DNA from: Chlorokybus atmophyticus
Taxonomy: Eukaryota > Plantae > Mesostigma and Chlorokybus algae
Length of the DNA: 64,000 bases
NCBI GenBank assembly: GCA_009103225.1
Contig: RHPI01000772.1
Span: 561,312-625,311 of the forward strand
Reading direction: 5' to 3'
Positions 29,296 through 46,100 of this stretch are shown piece after piece; within the stretch, counting starts at the first letter, position 1; every line of letters starts with the position of its first letter. The notes under the pieces are model-generated. The model saw only the letters and a program-made list of their open reading frames with translations. It did not search any database and had not been told where the DNA came from. Position numbers and translations under genes: made by a program.

Positions 29296-32200
29296 CTATT
29301 CCATTTTGAACTGTTTCAGCAGGCCAAGTCTTCGCAGACAAGCCTGTGACACGACCTTCAATACGTGAAGCGCCACAAAACATAGAGCGACGAGGGTGGC
29401 GAATATAACTGCCAACATAAAAGATGTTATACAGATGTTGCGCGCGTGTGTGACTCCAACACAGGTAGTGCATCTCACCTATTACAAGGGCTATTGTGAA
29501 CGCAGCGGCGCGGTAGCGATCATAAAAGGGGAGATCTCTTTCATAAGTTACGTTGTCCTTGCAAGGCCGCAACCGCCAGTTGGGTGCCGGCTACATCCAC
29601 ACGAGTTGTTACTCTAAGTGCAAGCAGCTGCCAAGCTCCCATCTCGAGTGCTAATGTCATAACTCACAAGTACCTGCAAATGACTCAATGGTAATGTCCA
29701 ACTGTCCGCTAAGCCATCAACTCCTCTTATATCCATACGGACCTTGACAGGCTCCTGCAGGCCACAAGGGATGAGCTGTTGGTATCACAAGGACGTTGTG
29801 CAGTGGGCAACTCAAAGCACCACACAATACAACCATATTTGTTGTCAGCAGAACCAGTGAGAAGCAATGTGAGAAACTCGTAACACAAGTTACCTTCCAG
29901 TCTATGCTTATGGTTCCAAAATTCAGACTGAAATATGGCAAGCCCTGCCGATACGGGCACAGCAGCAGGTAGTCGCGGGCAAATGGCATGAATTTGTCAA
30001 ACGGCCATCTGCAATAAGCAAATTGTGCGTTATGGCACATCTTCATTAAAGGTCTAGAGCAACACGTAACGGTACTGCACTCAGCGTTGAACACAATCCG
30101 CGCATGCATATGGCAGTACTTGAAGTGTGTTGCAGCAGAGTGGGTCATCCCGCTGCTGGTCAACTCGTACAGCGGGTACCCGGCCGCACAGTCCTGTCTG
30201 CTCAACTCCGCAAAATGCACATCTCCTGCAGTGCAAACAGTACGCTTCAGCTGCACAAAACTTGCAAACCCAACCACGCGCACATGCACGCGCACACATG
30301 CTAGCAGACACACATGCACATGCATACACGGCCAGTAATGCAGGCAGCACGAGTGCGTCAGCTTCTTGCAACACCAACAGGCTTGGTGACTTTGCACTGA
30401 ATACAACAACATACCTACCACTTATCATGATGAGGCCAGGCACGTCAACAGCTGCGAGCAGGTTGTACAGCCGCTTCCTTGCCTTGGGGAATCTCCCCCA
30501 GCTTTCTGCACCGAAGAATGGCCGCAGCAAGAAATGGTGCGTGGGAATGACCTGCGCTGCAACGAGTCAATGCTTGCGCACGTACAACTGCACATATCAA
30601 AAAGGTGCTGGCAAGGTGCAACCAACAAGCTTTCCATGTGCCATCAACAGGACAGGACAAATCTAAATCTGCGAGCAACACCACCAAAGACGTGTTACCG
30701 GCAACCCAATCATGTATACAATAGGTGAAACAACCAGAGTATGCAAGCCACCCACATTGCAAACACTGAGAGACAAGTAATGAGCACAATCAATTAGTCC
30801 AAAGCTTGTGACCTGAGTAGAAGAACACAACAGGTGAATCTGCGCATCAGTGTTTCTCAGCTCGTCCTCCAGCCAAGTCCATTGCGTCTCGCCAAGCATG
30901 TCGCCCTCGAGGTTGGCCTCCGGCGGCAGCTCGTCGCGCTCCATCCGCAAGTCGAGCATCAACACCTACCAACAGCTGCACGGTCAACTGTGTCTCTGTT
31001 GAAGGTCAGAGAAAGGACACACCGACTAGACCACTCCTGTATGACACACTGCACATAGCGACTTTAATACCTTGCTGACACTGAAACAACCATGTTCAAG
31101 AAATAAATACCACATAGACGAATGACGTACATCTGCTCACGCCATCGTGGGCGCAAGTGTTATACTGCTGAACTTGAGGCTTGGCTGATGAAATAATCAA
31201 AGCACTCACCTTGACTCGTTTGCCGGGAGGCCCATACGTGTAAGCGGCGTATGTGGCCGGATTCGTGTATCGCGGGCTGTTCTTCGGCTCATCCAAAAAG
31301 TCCAGCATCAGCTTTCTGCTCTCCTCCTGCGTGACTGTTGTGTCGCTGATGCTGACTGAAGAAACCACATATGCACGCTCTCGACACCTCATTCAACTAC
31401 ACTCGCACCTTCATGAAGAACTCCTTGCCTCCGTCATTAATACCATAATCATGGTCGTCCCATGTGCCGAGCACGGGCACGCTTGCAGCCAACTCAGCGT
31501 AGCCAGGATGTTCCTTCTGCACGCGGTAACGCATGGCCTGCCAACAGATGATGGATGCATTACGCTATGTTGACTGATGCAAATATGTACGCGTGCATGG
31601 ACATATATATATAAAGTTGTGTCAAATTGTGCGAAAAAGTACCATGTCCTCCAGTGGCTGTGCTAGAAAGCGCGGCGTACCAGACAGCAGCGGGCCCAAA
31701 CCCTTCACCTGTGCGGCAATCACTGTCAATGCAAGCTTTGGCCAACAATGCCATTAGAGTTGACTTGTTGCAGTGCAACAGTGTTCAAAGACCAGTAATG
31801 GCGATGCCGACTACACTGCTGGATGAATGCCAGATAAGTGCCTTCAACTCTTCCTTCTACCACCGCATGTGAATTGGACTCCTTCCATGCATAATAACTT
31901 ACAACACGTGCAACCTTTGTGTAACTAAGAACCTCCACTCTCTGAACTAACATGCAAGGTCAGGTTATGTACAACGACAGCAGGGCCCAGATGGTTCGGG
32001 ACATATCACAAAAGTTGTAAACCAGCACATGCATGCGCTGAACTGCAAAACAGCTGTTACCACAATCCACGAAATGCCACACTTGCCAGCGCGAAGCGCA
32101 CAAACCAGGTTGAGCGCATGCAAAGAGATGAGCACAGCGCAGCTACTTCATTCCGTCCCTCTGGCAACTGAAGTGAGCTGAAGCTAACTGCATGCAAGTG

Positions 32201-32518
32201 AAGTGACTGCACTGAAACTGAACAGAGGTGAAGTGAAAGTTAGGAGCTGACCTTCTTGTCGGCGTAGATGTTGTCACCAAGCCACATCCACAGCTGCGGC
32301 TTGTAGTCAGCGATGCCAGGCCATAGCGGCTGCGGCAGGTCGTGCTTGCTGCAGCTGCCAAAGGCTATGCGTTCCAGCGGCGGGTCATCCTCCCGACCCC
32401 TCCGCCCGTACACATTCCCGTCGGCGTAGCTTCCTGACGATGTCAATGCCGACTCACCCAGGCAGAAGCACAGCAGCACCGCCGCCACCCCCGCCGCCGC
32501 CGCCGCCGCCGCCGCCAT
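29296..32518 (-). CDS. phoD: PhoD-like alkaline phosphatase/phosphodiesterase with N-terminal signal and C-terminal transmembrane helix
   Basis: Motifs RIAFGSC, WMWLGDNIYAD, GTWDDHDYG.NDGG, DMLGETQWTWLE, AESWGRFP, SGDVHFAE and ELTSSGMTHS. The last exons give AAAFTIALVIVIFATLVALCFVALHVL. Confidence 0.92.
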
Positions 32519-34380
32519 GCTCGCAGCGCAGCGACGCCAACAACAACAGCCTGCGTCGCCGGGGCCGTCCGTGACAGTGTCACTGGGCAGAAAGTTGGCG
32601 GATTCGGAAATTGTGCTGAGAGTTCATGGCAATCATAAAATAGCCTAATGTACAGTACACATCATGTACGAGCATTTTTATGCAAAGGAGAACATTCATT
32701 ATGTTGAGTGCTACCAATGGTAGCCTACCACACAAGAGTTCATGTTATGATTTGACTATGATAACATTTGAGGGATAGAACTTTAAAATGCGAGTCTATA
32801 GTATGTACCATAACAGCTATATTATATTTCATGACTTGACATTATGCAATGTATTACTCCCTCAAACTTCGGTATTGGCATTGATTTGTAACAATTGATA
32901 ACCTCGTTAATCATCAATTACTCATATCGTACTCAACATTCAACGTTCGACACATGAGTTGCAACAAAGCAACCTTAGCATATATATCAGATGCTTACGA
33001 GCAGCCATTGCAATGCAGCAGCAAGCATAAATTGTAATGAGGGGCAAGGTAGAGCAGAAAACACCAACGGGATCAACCAGAACATAAACTTAACTGTCAC
33101 AGACACGGATAATATTACCCTCCTGGGCAGCAACAAGGTTGAGGTGTGTTATAACATAAGGTATGAGTCGTGTTGAATCAGTAGGACACAAGCACTCAGC
33201 AAGCACGATACCAGCTAGCAACAAGTAGATATCAGGCAAGCTGGTAGGCAGGAGACGGGCACTTCAATTAACACCAACAGGGGCTTATATAAGCTAAATG
33301 CTATGTATACGCTATGTGCGCTAAGTGCACGCGGGGCGGGGCAGCAGGCAGTAGCGGCAAGTAGCAAACGTATAACCAACCTGAAGCACACAAGCATGTA
33401 GCAAGAACAACATGCAGAGGGTAGGGAGAAGACAAGGACAAGTTAGGTCTGGGTGACCATCAGCACCATGCACGCACGTAACTGTAATGACAAGTTCTTT
33501 ATGTTAAATTTATTAACCAATCTACTGCAGTAGATGCATGCCAACATGCTAGGATGCATTGATGCATGGTGTGATACGAGCTACTTACATTGTTAATATG
33601 GTTTGCAATGTTACCATTACATTCAAAATTACTCATTAGCACTATTTATTCATTTTAAACATCAAGCTCATGACATATATATTAACCTCATGTTACCATA
33701 CCTAATGGCACAATCTGTGTGTTGCATGTTGTACGATACATGGTTGTGTATATAAATGGTTACAATTTGCCGCTTGGTTAATCGCAAACAAGCAATTGCG
33801 TAATGCATAATGTATTGCATGACATGATGCTCATCACCATTAATATAAGACATTACGTAGATGACCATGGAGGGAACACTGTTATATACAACTCATATGA
33901 TACACCTTAAATGTACTAACGAGCATGTAAACCGTAGGCTTGACTATTTACTACATAACGTTTACGTGCTATATCGCAAATGTATCAACATTGTTCGAAC
34001 ACAGCAACTTTCAAACTTGCTGATGATTCAATCTTGTTAAATATGTGTTGCAGTGCTCTGCATTTTTACCACAATTGAGGCGTTTCCAGCACTTGTTTGA
34101 TTCAACCATGACATCTGTATGCACGTTATCACTCTTGCGGATCATCTTCTTAAGTGCGAACTCACGACCAACTCTGTGCCATAAGCAACCTGTCACCTCG
34201 CATCGCTGATTGCTGAACGTATGAATAGCCTTACAAACAATGATATAGGTCTACTTGACAACAGGCACTCTAATGCTACCGCTGCCGCTACCTTGGACCC
34301 GAAACGCTGTGGTTGTTACAACCTAAACCGCTAACCCTGACCCTCAAAACTGCAATTAGACATACAAATAGTGCTGCTAC

Positions 34381-36490
<2,110 letters not shown>

Positions 36491-37283
36491 CTTCGGCCTT
36501 TGCTGCTGCTATGCAGAGATGAGTAGTTCAGTAGCATGCCCATGATGACATACGGTTATGTACATGCGTAATGTGACAATAAAGTGAAACTGTGCTTCAA
36601 ATGAAATACATATATATTGACACGCACGGGTTCCTCAGATTGCCACCTCATCCTAAGCATTGTCTATTTCATACAAGCACGAGCGAACAGGTGGCTGATG
36701 TCGCACATTACTCTGTGCTGAGGTAATACGTTTACTGTCTTTACACAATAGGTACATGCGCTGCGGCTTTCTTCTGCACTATGTCAGAGTTGTACTACAG
36801 CACCATACAACCGCAGGTCAGCAGGAGATGAGTTGTTGTGCTGCCTGCAAGGCCAATAAGCGCACAAGGACTACCACAGTGCGACACTCATGCAGGCACC
36901 AGGGAAGCGAGCATGCAAACAGGATGCAAAGAAAACGGAGAGCGTTCTTGTGCGGCGACGAAAGCAAACCAAGAAAGTATAGATTTTCTAGACAAGCACC
37001 TGACACAGCATGTGATCCTTGCAAAGAGGGTTACATGCTGTGTCAGACGGTCTGGGCACGCACCTGGAAAGCCGTCTGACGCCATGCGCCGAGAGGCGCG
37101 GCTGTCGCAGGGGCGGCGCCGAGCATTGCCATAACAACGACAACGATGAACAACCACAGCGGCAATGCCGTCCGCCGCAGGAAGCTCCTCCTGCTTCACC
37201 GCCGCGAACTCCGCCTCACAAGGTCGCCAACAACAACCACGAAGAGCAACATGAAGCTCAGCTGTGTTGTGGGCTTAGTTGCC

Positions 37284-39195
37284 ATGGTTGCGGCGATGTC
37301 GTCGGCGGCTATGTCCGTGGTGAGCGGGCTGTCGTCGTTGTCGTCGCGCCGCCCTACACAGCGTCGCTGCCACAGCGCCTTCTCGTCCTCGTCCTCGTCC
37401 TCCTCCTCCTCCGCCGCCTGGCGTCCACGACAGCAAGGTCCGCTTGCCTTGCCAGCTTCACGCGTAAGTATGGCCCCACAAACCCTTGCCAGGCTTTGCT
37501 TGCTTGGCCTTAAGCTCAAACACAGTTGTGCTGCATGCTGGCACAACTGTGCACTGCTCCACCAAGATTTGGTGCCGCATGGCCGAATGAGGAACGTCGA
37601 CTATAGACTGACTGGACACTTCCCCGCTTCCTTGTGTTGCATGCTTGCTTGTTTGCGACATGCTGCTTGCGAGAACTGCTGCGCATGCAATAGGATGAGT
37701 GATTTCAATTGGCAGACTGCTTGGCATATGCTGTCTGCATTGCCTCATGTCGATTGGCAGCTGTTCAACGAGACTTGACTCAGGCTTTTCGGGTTGCTTG
37801 CAGGCGCTGCACCAGGCTGTGAGGTGCGAGGCGGACACCTCTACCAGCAGCACAGGTTTGCCGTCACGCACACAAACGTATTACGTTTAATAATATCTGC
37901 TTGAGGTGACATGCACATCTGCACTCACCACATGCACGCACGCACGCATGGTCACACAGTCACTCCCTCACCTGCTTTAGCCAGTCGTGTTGTTTGCATA
38001 CTGCCATACTTACTTCATGTGGTGCAGCTGCGGCTAGCCGCAGTAGCGGCAACACTGTCGACACAAGCAAGGCGAAGCAGCTCATACGGACAGCAGAGCA
38101 GACGCACAAAGTGGACACCAAAGAGGTCAGTTTTACAGCTTTATTCTTACACATATCTCCACAGAACCAGAAGTTAGTGCAAGATGCGCACGCTTTCTGA
38201 TAGTACACTGGTGCCATGTTTGCCAAAATGCATCTGGGTGTCCGGGTGTTTCACGATAACCCAATGTGGCTTTGCATGTGTGTAGCTGGCGCGCGCTCTG
38301 TTTAAGTTGCGGCGCGCTGGTGCCAGCACGAAGGAAGGCATGCTTGAGAGGCTGGCTGGCAGCAGCTCACCCGGCAACACGTGGATGCTTCTTTTCACCG
38401 TCAAAGCTGACAAGGTACAGCTGTTTAAGTAAACGCACGCACGCATGCGATGTGCATTCCAACTGCATGTGTAATGCGTGTCAAGATGATGTCTTCGCAG
38501 TTAGTTCTTGTAACACTTCGCATTGACACCCACGCATGAGCGCTCGCACACGTGCGCAGTCATTCTGGCGTTGTGAGGTCGCTCACTGCAAGGAGTCGCC
38601 CAAGTCATGCTTGACGATGTGTTGCAGGTGAAGGCTGCGCTCAAGGATATCAATGAGGCGGATGGCAGCTTTTTCCCGATCACGGGTGTGCAGCGCTTTG
38701 ATGCTCAGGTGCAAACACGACAGGCTGGCCTCTATGGGTCACTGTCTGTATGTCTGTAAGACCAACACGTATATTCTCAACAAATTCTTAGGCTCTGAGT
38801 TGACACCTTGCCAATCTGCTCACAGTTCAGGTGTGCATGCACGCGCAGCATGTTACACATGTCAATGTTGTTGTTCTGGCTGTCAGACCGGTGAAATAGA
38901 GAACGGCGTGTACTTCGGGCCTGTCGGGAATTTGCGGTTCAACGGCAATTTTGAGTGGAACGAGAAGACTGCCATGTTGGCGTTTGACTTCACCAAGCTG
39001 TCGCTCAAGCTTGGCCCGTTGGGTCCCTTTTCGATCAACCTCGGAGGCTTCCGGGAGATGCCCAAAACAGAAGGTCAGAAGGCAAAACCCGGACCGTTTT
39101 TCATTTTCAACTATGTGGATGACGAGATCGCCATCGCGCAAGGAAAAGCTGGAGGCCTCGCCATCTGGGTTAGATGCGAAAATGTCCAGCGGTAA
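37284..39195 (+). CDS. Plastid-targeted fibrillin/lipocalin-like protein of a conserved green-lineage family (start ATG at 37251 or 37284)
   Basis: Ser/Arg/Ala-rich transit peptide ending near VRC|EA. Exons read AKQLIRTAEQTHKVD, LAGSSSPGNTWMLLFT, FFPITGVQRFDA and IENGVYFGPVGNLRFNG..AFDF..PFFIFNYVDDEIAIAQGKAGGLAIW. From memory this resembles Arabidopsis At1g18060; no search was run. Confidence 0.8.
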
Positions 39196-40118
39196 GTGCT
39201 GAAATTGGACTCAGCTAGAGGCGTTTTGTTATAATGATAAGAAAAACTGTACAGCTATTTGACAGACAAGAGTGAGGGTGAGAGCAGTGTCTTGGCCATC
39301 CATCAAGCAAAAATGGGAGCATCTGTAAAACCCCTTCGGTAGTACACGTGGTCTCGCTTGTGATGGCATGAAAGCACACATGTTGAGCGCAGCATCCCAA
39401 TCAGCTGCAAGGTGCCATGTTAAACCATTGAGTGCCTAGGCAAGGATCGTGGTCAAACTGTAAGTGACTCGCATGCACACAACCAACAGCACTAGGCTAG
39501 CAAGAATGCATAAGCATGCATGGACATCAAGCCAAGAACGATTGGCAACACTATCAAATCTTGCTGACAAGTAGCAAACCAGTTAAAGACATAGTGAAAC
39601 AGGTTCTAGCGTCTAGGTTTGGATGCAAATGGAGCACTACAACATTGCCAAGTAATCAGAGAAGACGTCACCAAGCAATTCATAAACAGTAAATGCATTC
39701 TAGCAACGGTATTAGAAGAGCCACTATTGTGCTGCATGTTGGTTGAGCTGAGCTTAATCTCTATTGCGCAATGCACGCAAAAACTGAGCTTGCACACAGC
39801 TCCAGTTGCCTACTCCACGTCACAATTGGCCGCCAAGCTGCTTGTAATTTGATCAAAGGGCGCTAGCTAACTTGACCAGCAATAAGTGTATGTGCACAAG
39901 CAACAGTAGAATCCTCTGTGTGTATCTGCAGCGTGGGCGGGTGTCCATGTCGCTGCTACAAACGCGCTGCGGCACAGGCAAGCTGCACTTCCACAAGGTG
40001 CAGCTTGCCAGCTCAACGACAAACTGCAGATGTCCGTATGCCAGCGTGTAATTCTGACCAGGCAAGCCAGCTGGTGTTTTCCTCGCATGGGAAAGCCTTC
40101 GCAACGCACAAACTAGCA

Positions 40119-43100
40119 TCACATCAGGCTTGTGCTTACAGCCAGGTCCCGCAGGTTGCCCAGAATCCGCTCTCTAGTGGTGCCGATGTCGTGCGCGATC
40201 CTCAGCTGCTCATCCGTAGTGAGCATCTCATACTGCTCGAGCAACTCCCCATCAACGATATTGCACGGCGTGTTGGCAGCACCTTGCAACGCAGCCGCGC
40301 GGTAGCTCTGCGGATTGAGTCCGGCGACGTGATTGATTTGAAACACCAGTCTGAGATGGAGCTCTTGGAGCCGTCTGAATGTAATCTCGTCAATCGGCGC
40401 GAAAAAATTGACGGATCCGTCAAGCGCGACGAAGAACGCTGCGTGGCGGTTGGCTTTTGCGGCAGCGGCAGTGGCGGCAAGCTTCAAGCGTGCAAACGCC
40501 GGCACGCAGCTGCCAATGTGAAAATGCCCTCGCGGAATAAGCTTCTGACCCTTCCAGCTCTCGACGCTGCGAGGCGCGTAGGAGAAAAGGCTCACGTTGC
40601 CACCTCCAGTGGACGCGACAAGCGACAGCGCGGACCCGTCGATGATGTAATCTGTTGCTAAGATGTCCAACGGTTCGAAGTCCTTAGATAGAAGCGTTAG
40701 CTGCCGACCATCCTCGCGCCAACACAGGAAGTACAAGCTCTTCTTTACATCTCCCAAGAGCACAAAATTCTTGACCTGTTGAAAGCACATCAATTCAGCC
40801 AAAGCTTAATGTGCGATGGTATGAATTGACTGCTGGACTGCAAGCTTCGTTGTCTGCTGTCCAGCGACGTGATCAATTATGACGTTATAAATTATCGCTG
40901 ATAGCTCTTGGTGTGTTATGCAATCATTAGAGAAACGAAGCTATCCCTTACCACGCTGATGGATGTGACATAGATCGGCGCATCGAAAAAGCCGGCGCCT
41001 GTTAGCTCAGTGCCATTCCAGGTGTGTACAATGATCTTGGGCCCAATGGCAAGCAGCAAGTAACCATCCAGAGCTGCCAGCGCAGACAGTGGTCCTTTAA
41101 ACTCGTGCGCAAACAGCTGCTTGACCTGCAAAACCACATGCATGCTTTGTGCCAAGCCATCGCTTGCAACAATTTGCCATGCATTGATGTGGGTTGATGT
41201 GGGTTGATGAACCTACAGTGATGTCCGGTTTTGAGGACAGTGCGCCGCCATCCACGCTCGTGTTGTTGCGCGTGACTGATAACAGTATCAGACGCCCTCG
41301 GCAAGATGCATCCTCACCCGCTACAACTGCTGTCCCGACGGCAATCAGCGACACCATTGTACCAATGGATATGTCCTGCCATGCAGCATGATGCAAGTTT
41401 ATTGCTGGGATACTCGTGAAACACAAAAAGTACCTTATGCATGCAAACCCCATGTGGTGGCATGCGCAAACTACTTCGTTTTTGTCCCTGCACGCAGCAA
41501 GTACCTTTATGCTGACTTGTTGCAGAGTGAGAACATTCTCTGCCGGCTCCATCGGCTGCTGCCAGACTGATTCCCAGTTGTCGGGGGTAAACACTCTGAT
41601 GTCAAATTGCTCCTGCAGGACAGCAAGCGCTTGTTGCAGACCTGTGCTGAGTGTGACTCATTGCAAAGCATCAACCATGCCCACCTGCTCTGCTGAGACA
41701 GTTGTCACAGTCGGCGCCTCCTCGTCATCTGATTGAGGCTTGGGTGAAGGTGCAGGTGGACGAGTATTCGGCTTTTGCGATGTGGCAACAACGTATGTTT
41801 GCGACTCTAAGTGATGTGCAATGCTGCGCGCGGTGCACCGTAACGGGATCTGCACACACACAAACTAATGAAGAAAGCTTTCCTTGCAGACATGAAAAAT
41901 AGCTATTGAGACCCAGCAAGCAACGGATTGTGACTTCTCACATGCGTGGAGATACTGGTCGCATGCGCGGCAAGGCAGTGTGTGTGCATTGCAACAACAC
42001 AGCCCATCATACCTTGCGATGAGTCCAGTCGGCCTCAAAGTTGACAGTTGGCAGCTGACAAATCTGCAGTTGGCCCTCTGGTGTACTGTAAATAAAGCCG
42101 TGCGGACAGTTGACATTGTGAAAGGGCGTGAACGCCGTCATCGCCACATCAGACTGCAACAAAGCAGTCTCAGTTAGTTTGAGCAGAGGTTGAACCCCGT
42201 CATGCAAGGAAACACCACATCATGCACGCACCTGAGGAAAAGTGTGAATGCGTCCACGGTTGACCATTGCCCAAACAGCGTTTGGACCACTTATGAGCAC
42301 GCCCTGCGTGCTGTTGATGCCATGGAAGGCCACCATTCTTTGTTCTGCAAAGCCAGCAGCTGCAGCCTGATCTGGCCTGTTGTACGTGATTGGCTTGCGT
42401 TCCAATCGAAGTTGATCTGCTCCATTGCTGTCCTCACATGTAAACATCTGCACAATGACAGTGGCTTAGTAGCACGTTTCATGCAACTACTCTCTGCATG
42501 CAACCAGCACAGCACAGTATGAGTCCACTTGCAAGTTGCCATATGCTGTGGTGCACATGTGCACAGTAGTGTAAGCAGTACCTGATACACAAGCAGGCCG
42601 CCATCGCTCAAGCGGGCAAGCAAGTACGGCCTTCCAACAACACCCTGATGGTCAAACACCGCCATGCACAGCTCAACAACAGACAACGACAGTGTCCCTG
42701 CTGATGTCTCTTTCTTCGCTGTATCCTCTCCGAGATTAGGTGTAGACGGTGCCGCGACGTCCGCGTGCGCAAGTATTCGCACGCTCGACGGGAACGCCGC
42801 GCATCTGAAAAAGGTGTCAAACGATGGAATGGTTCGCAGCTCCATCCTGCCAGACTGATAGGCAATTGCCAACACTATGCCGACAGTTGTCGCAGACAGC
42901 CACGACCCCTGTTCTGCGTGGTAAAGGGTGCATGCAGTTATGCTCTGTGCCTCATCGCCGTCGAGAGGGACATCTTGTGCCACAAGCTTTTCTCCATTCT
43001 CTGCGTGTGACAACAAGCGAGGTCACTTACTCTGCCTGCTTGGCAATAACAGGCCGCATATGAAAAATCTGATGTGTAAGGAGCAGCCTTAGCTGCACAG

Positions 43101-46100
43101 AACGCACCACATCTGAGAAGGCGGATTGAACCGTTTGATAGCCTGAGAAGCACGTACGGGTCGATGATCGAGGCTGAGGAGATGACAGTGTCCTTGACTT
43201 GGCGCGAACCAAGCTGCTGCAGGTAGGCTCCTGCGGCGCCATGGAAGTCCGTCGCTGGTATTTCTTGGAGCAGTTTGGGACCATCCAGCAACCGAAGGCC
43301 TGTTCGATACACTTGGACCAACCGCGACCTGCAAAATGACTAGCATTGTACGTATGTGTGATGGTGGTATGGACAGCTCTTTGAAAGGAAAACGTTGTTT
43401 GTTGCTTGACGAGGGGGTACCTGTCACAAATGCTTGATACAGCAAGGGTGGGGCCTTGTCGCCAGAACTCAACTGTTTCTGGTACTTCAGATAGCTCTTC
43501 TCCAGTCTCAAGCACCTGCCATGAACGCAACAACATGACCACCTGACACTCAGCATGCCAACAGTTGAAGCACCAAACACATGCTCACTGCTTATGTGAG
43601 TGAACACCATATGGTTCAGACACAACCACAAAGCGGCACACAAAAGCTATGCTTACGCAGTAGCCTTGTGGCTTTATGCAGCGACCTTGTGGCCTTGCTC
43701 AGTGTCAACTCTAAGATTGACACTGAGCAAGTTGCGGAATGCGTTCACGCCATACAGACGCTTGGACAGACACAGCGCTCATCAATAAACAACAGATAAA
43801 TGCGTGACACTGCTGGCCAACAGGAACTTTGAAGTGACTTGGTACCATTGTGCTTGACGCAAGCGAGATGAACAAGAACGCATGCGCTTCAGAATCGTCT
43901 GTCATGGCGGCTCCATTGTAGTGTACAGCCCACATGCCATTGATAGCTGGAAGCTCCACCTGCACAGGCAACCACAACCGGTCACAATTGTGAACAAGGT
44001 CGTTGTCTCCAGCCGCACATGCACTGCGTGGCTACCTGCGTAACTACTTCTGGGCGTACGCTTCTTTGCAAGACAACCAAGCTGCCGTTCTTGCCATGGC
44101 CACTGCACGTAACCTGCAGCGCCAGGCAACATATGCATTTAGCAGAAGTTGCATACATATTTGTTACGGCCAAAATCCATTTGACTAATGGCAGCGCACC
44201 ATTTCCACTCTGTGTGGTGTTGTTGATGAGGGCATTACGTCAGTTCCGCTTATGCTGGGAACTGATGTGCACGCAAAGCTGCGTACAGGGCCGTGGTTGA
44301 CAAGGTGATCTGTTATGCGGAAAGTGTACTTGTGCGCAGCTGCAGTTGTCAAGGTATCCGTCTGATACAAGGAGAGCTCTTCATCATGTGCAATCTCCTG
44401 CTCCTGCTCTTCCTCTGCATGCCGCAAGCAACTATCAAACATCTATAAAACATTTGCAAGCGCAAATTAAGCTGCTGCTCCAGACAGGCGTCGGCCATTG
44501 CCAAATTGGAGCAGATGATGGCAAGTGCTTAGCAACAGGAATTGTAGTCACACACCTGCCAGCCTTTGCCGCTTGGCTGGAGGCTCGGGATGCTTATCTG
44601 AGGTCTTATTTGAGAAATGCACGAGCATCGAGTTGCCCACACGGCTGCCGAGGAATAACAGGCTGTCCGTGATTGTGCACAATGCAGAGGTAAGAACGGA
44701 TGCACCTGCGCTCGTCAAGTCCAGATTCCTAACTGCCCTGTGTAAGGAGTAAACGCATACTGAAGACAGGGTTACGATATGCAATCAATGCCTTGTTGCA
44801 CCAACCTGTTGTTCAGAACAAGACTCAGAACGAACAGGGCGCCTGTCTTTAACGACAACAACGCGCTGTCTGGCGAAAGCCACGTCGCATGAGCCGCATC
44901 CAACTCCACCGACATCGGTGAGCGTGGCATGTCACCCGGACCAACCGGCCAGTTCGCATTCTCATTCAAGGCAAGAGCAAATGCTGAAGTCTGCATTGGG
45001 TGCCTCAGCATCAGCATACATGAACGAGCAGCTCAACAACACATGAGGAACGCAAAGGGTTACCTGACTGTAGTAGTAGAGGACATTTGACGACAGCGCT
45101 AATGTACCGCCAATCGGAGCAGGCACAGCCACCAGCTGGCGTGCATCATATGCAAGTTCCTGTAGAATATAACACAAGTTTCAACCAGCCTGTGTAAATG
45201 TGCCTTACCGAGTAGTGCCTAGTATATGCATCGTGGGGAAACACCCCCTGAAGCGTCAGCCACACCTGAGCGGACCATATGACTGGTTGCAGCTGCTGGG
45301 AGAGGTTCAGACTTAGTGTTGTCAAAGAGCACGTGTTCTTGCGGTTGGCGAGGTTGCCGGCCCAGGTTGGGTCGCTCTCGTGCAGTAGAGTGACAACTGG
45401 TTCAATGTATCCTGCCGAGGATATGCAGTGAGTAAACTCTCGTGACCTGCATTGCACACAAGCAGACAGTCATGCCACACATGCTATCATAGTAGCAAGC
45501 ACAGTAGATGAACTACAATCCTTACCATGTAGAAACTGAAAGTCCTTTACATTGAATACGCCCAGATTCTTCAAGTTGACAAGATACGAAGATGCAATGG
45601 AAGCTGCCCCGCAGACTGATATGCCACCGACAGCATCATCTTCGTCTTCAAGCGCACCAGCGGTCTGTTGAAAGTACAAAGACACAAGCCTTTAACAATT
45701 CTCCATGCTGCTGGTGTGGATGCTGGCAGAAACCTTGGCAAGAGGACTACATACGGCTGGAGCATACACACACTGAACACAGCAACATGGTGAATGCTTG
45801 CATGAAACCCGTACCTGAGCTCTGAGTATCAGAAGATGACTATCGTACAGTAGTATTGCCGCACAGCGACCTTGCGGGTCCGCACGCACAACTGGCGGGA
45901 GTGGAAACTGCGTCCGGCCACCTTTGAGAGACTCATGTGCTTCACCCTCATAGCAGTGCATTGAACTGTACAAGCAAACACATAAACAGTAAATGCCTGC
46001 ATGGGGACGATAGCAAGCTACTGCTGATAGCAAGGCTAAATGCACGTGCCGATAACTGAACCTGCAGCGCAATGCTCGAATATCGTCGTCCCACTCCAGC

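Noticed and set aside
39918-40661. 247-aa plus-strand ORF
   Set aside because: It is an antisense shadow of the last CPSF160 exon.
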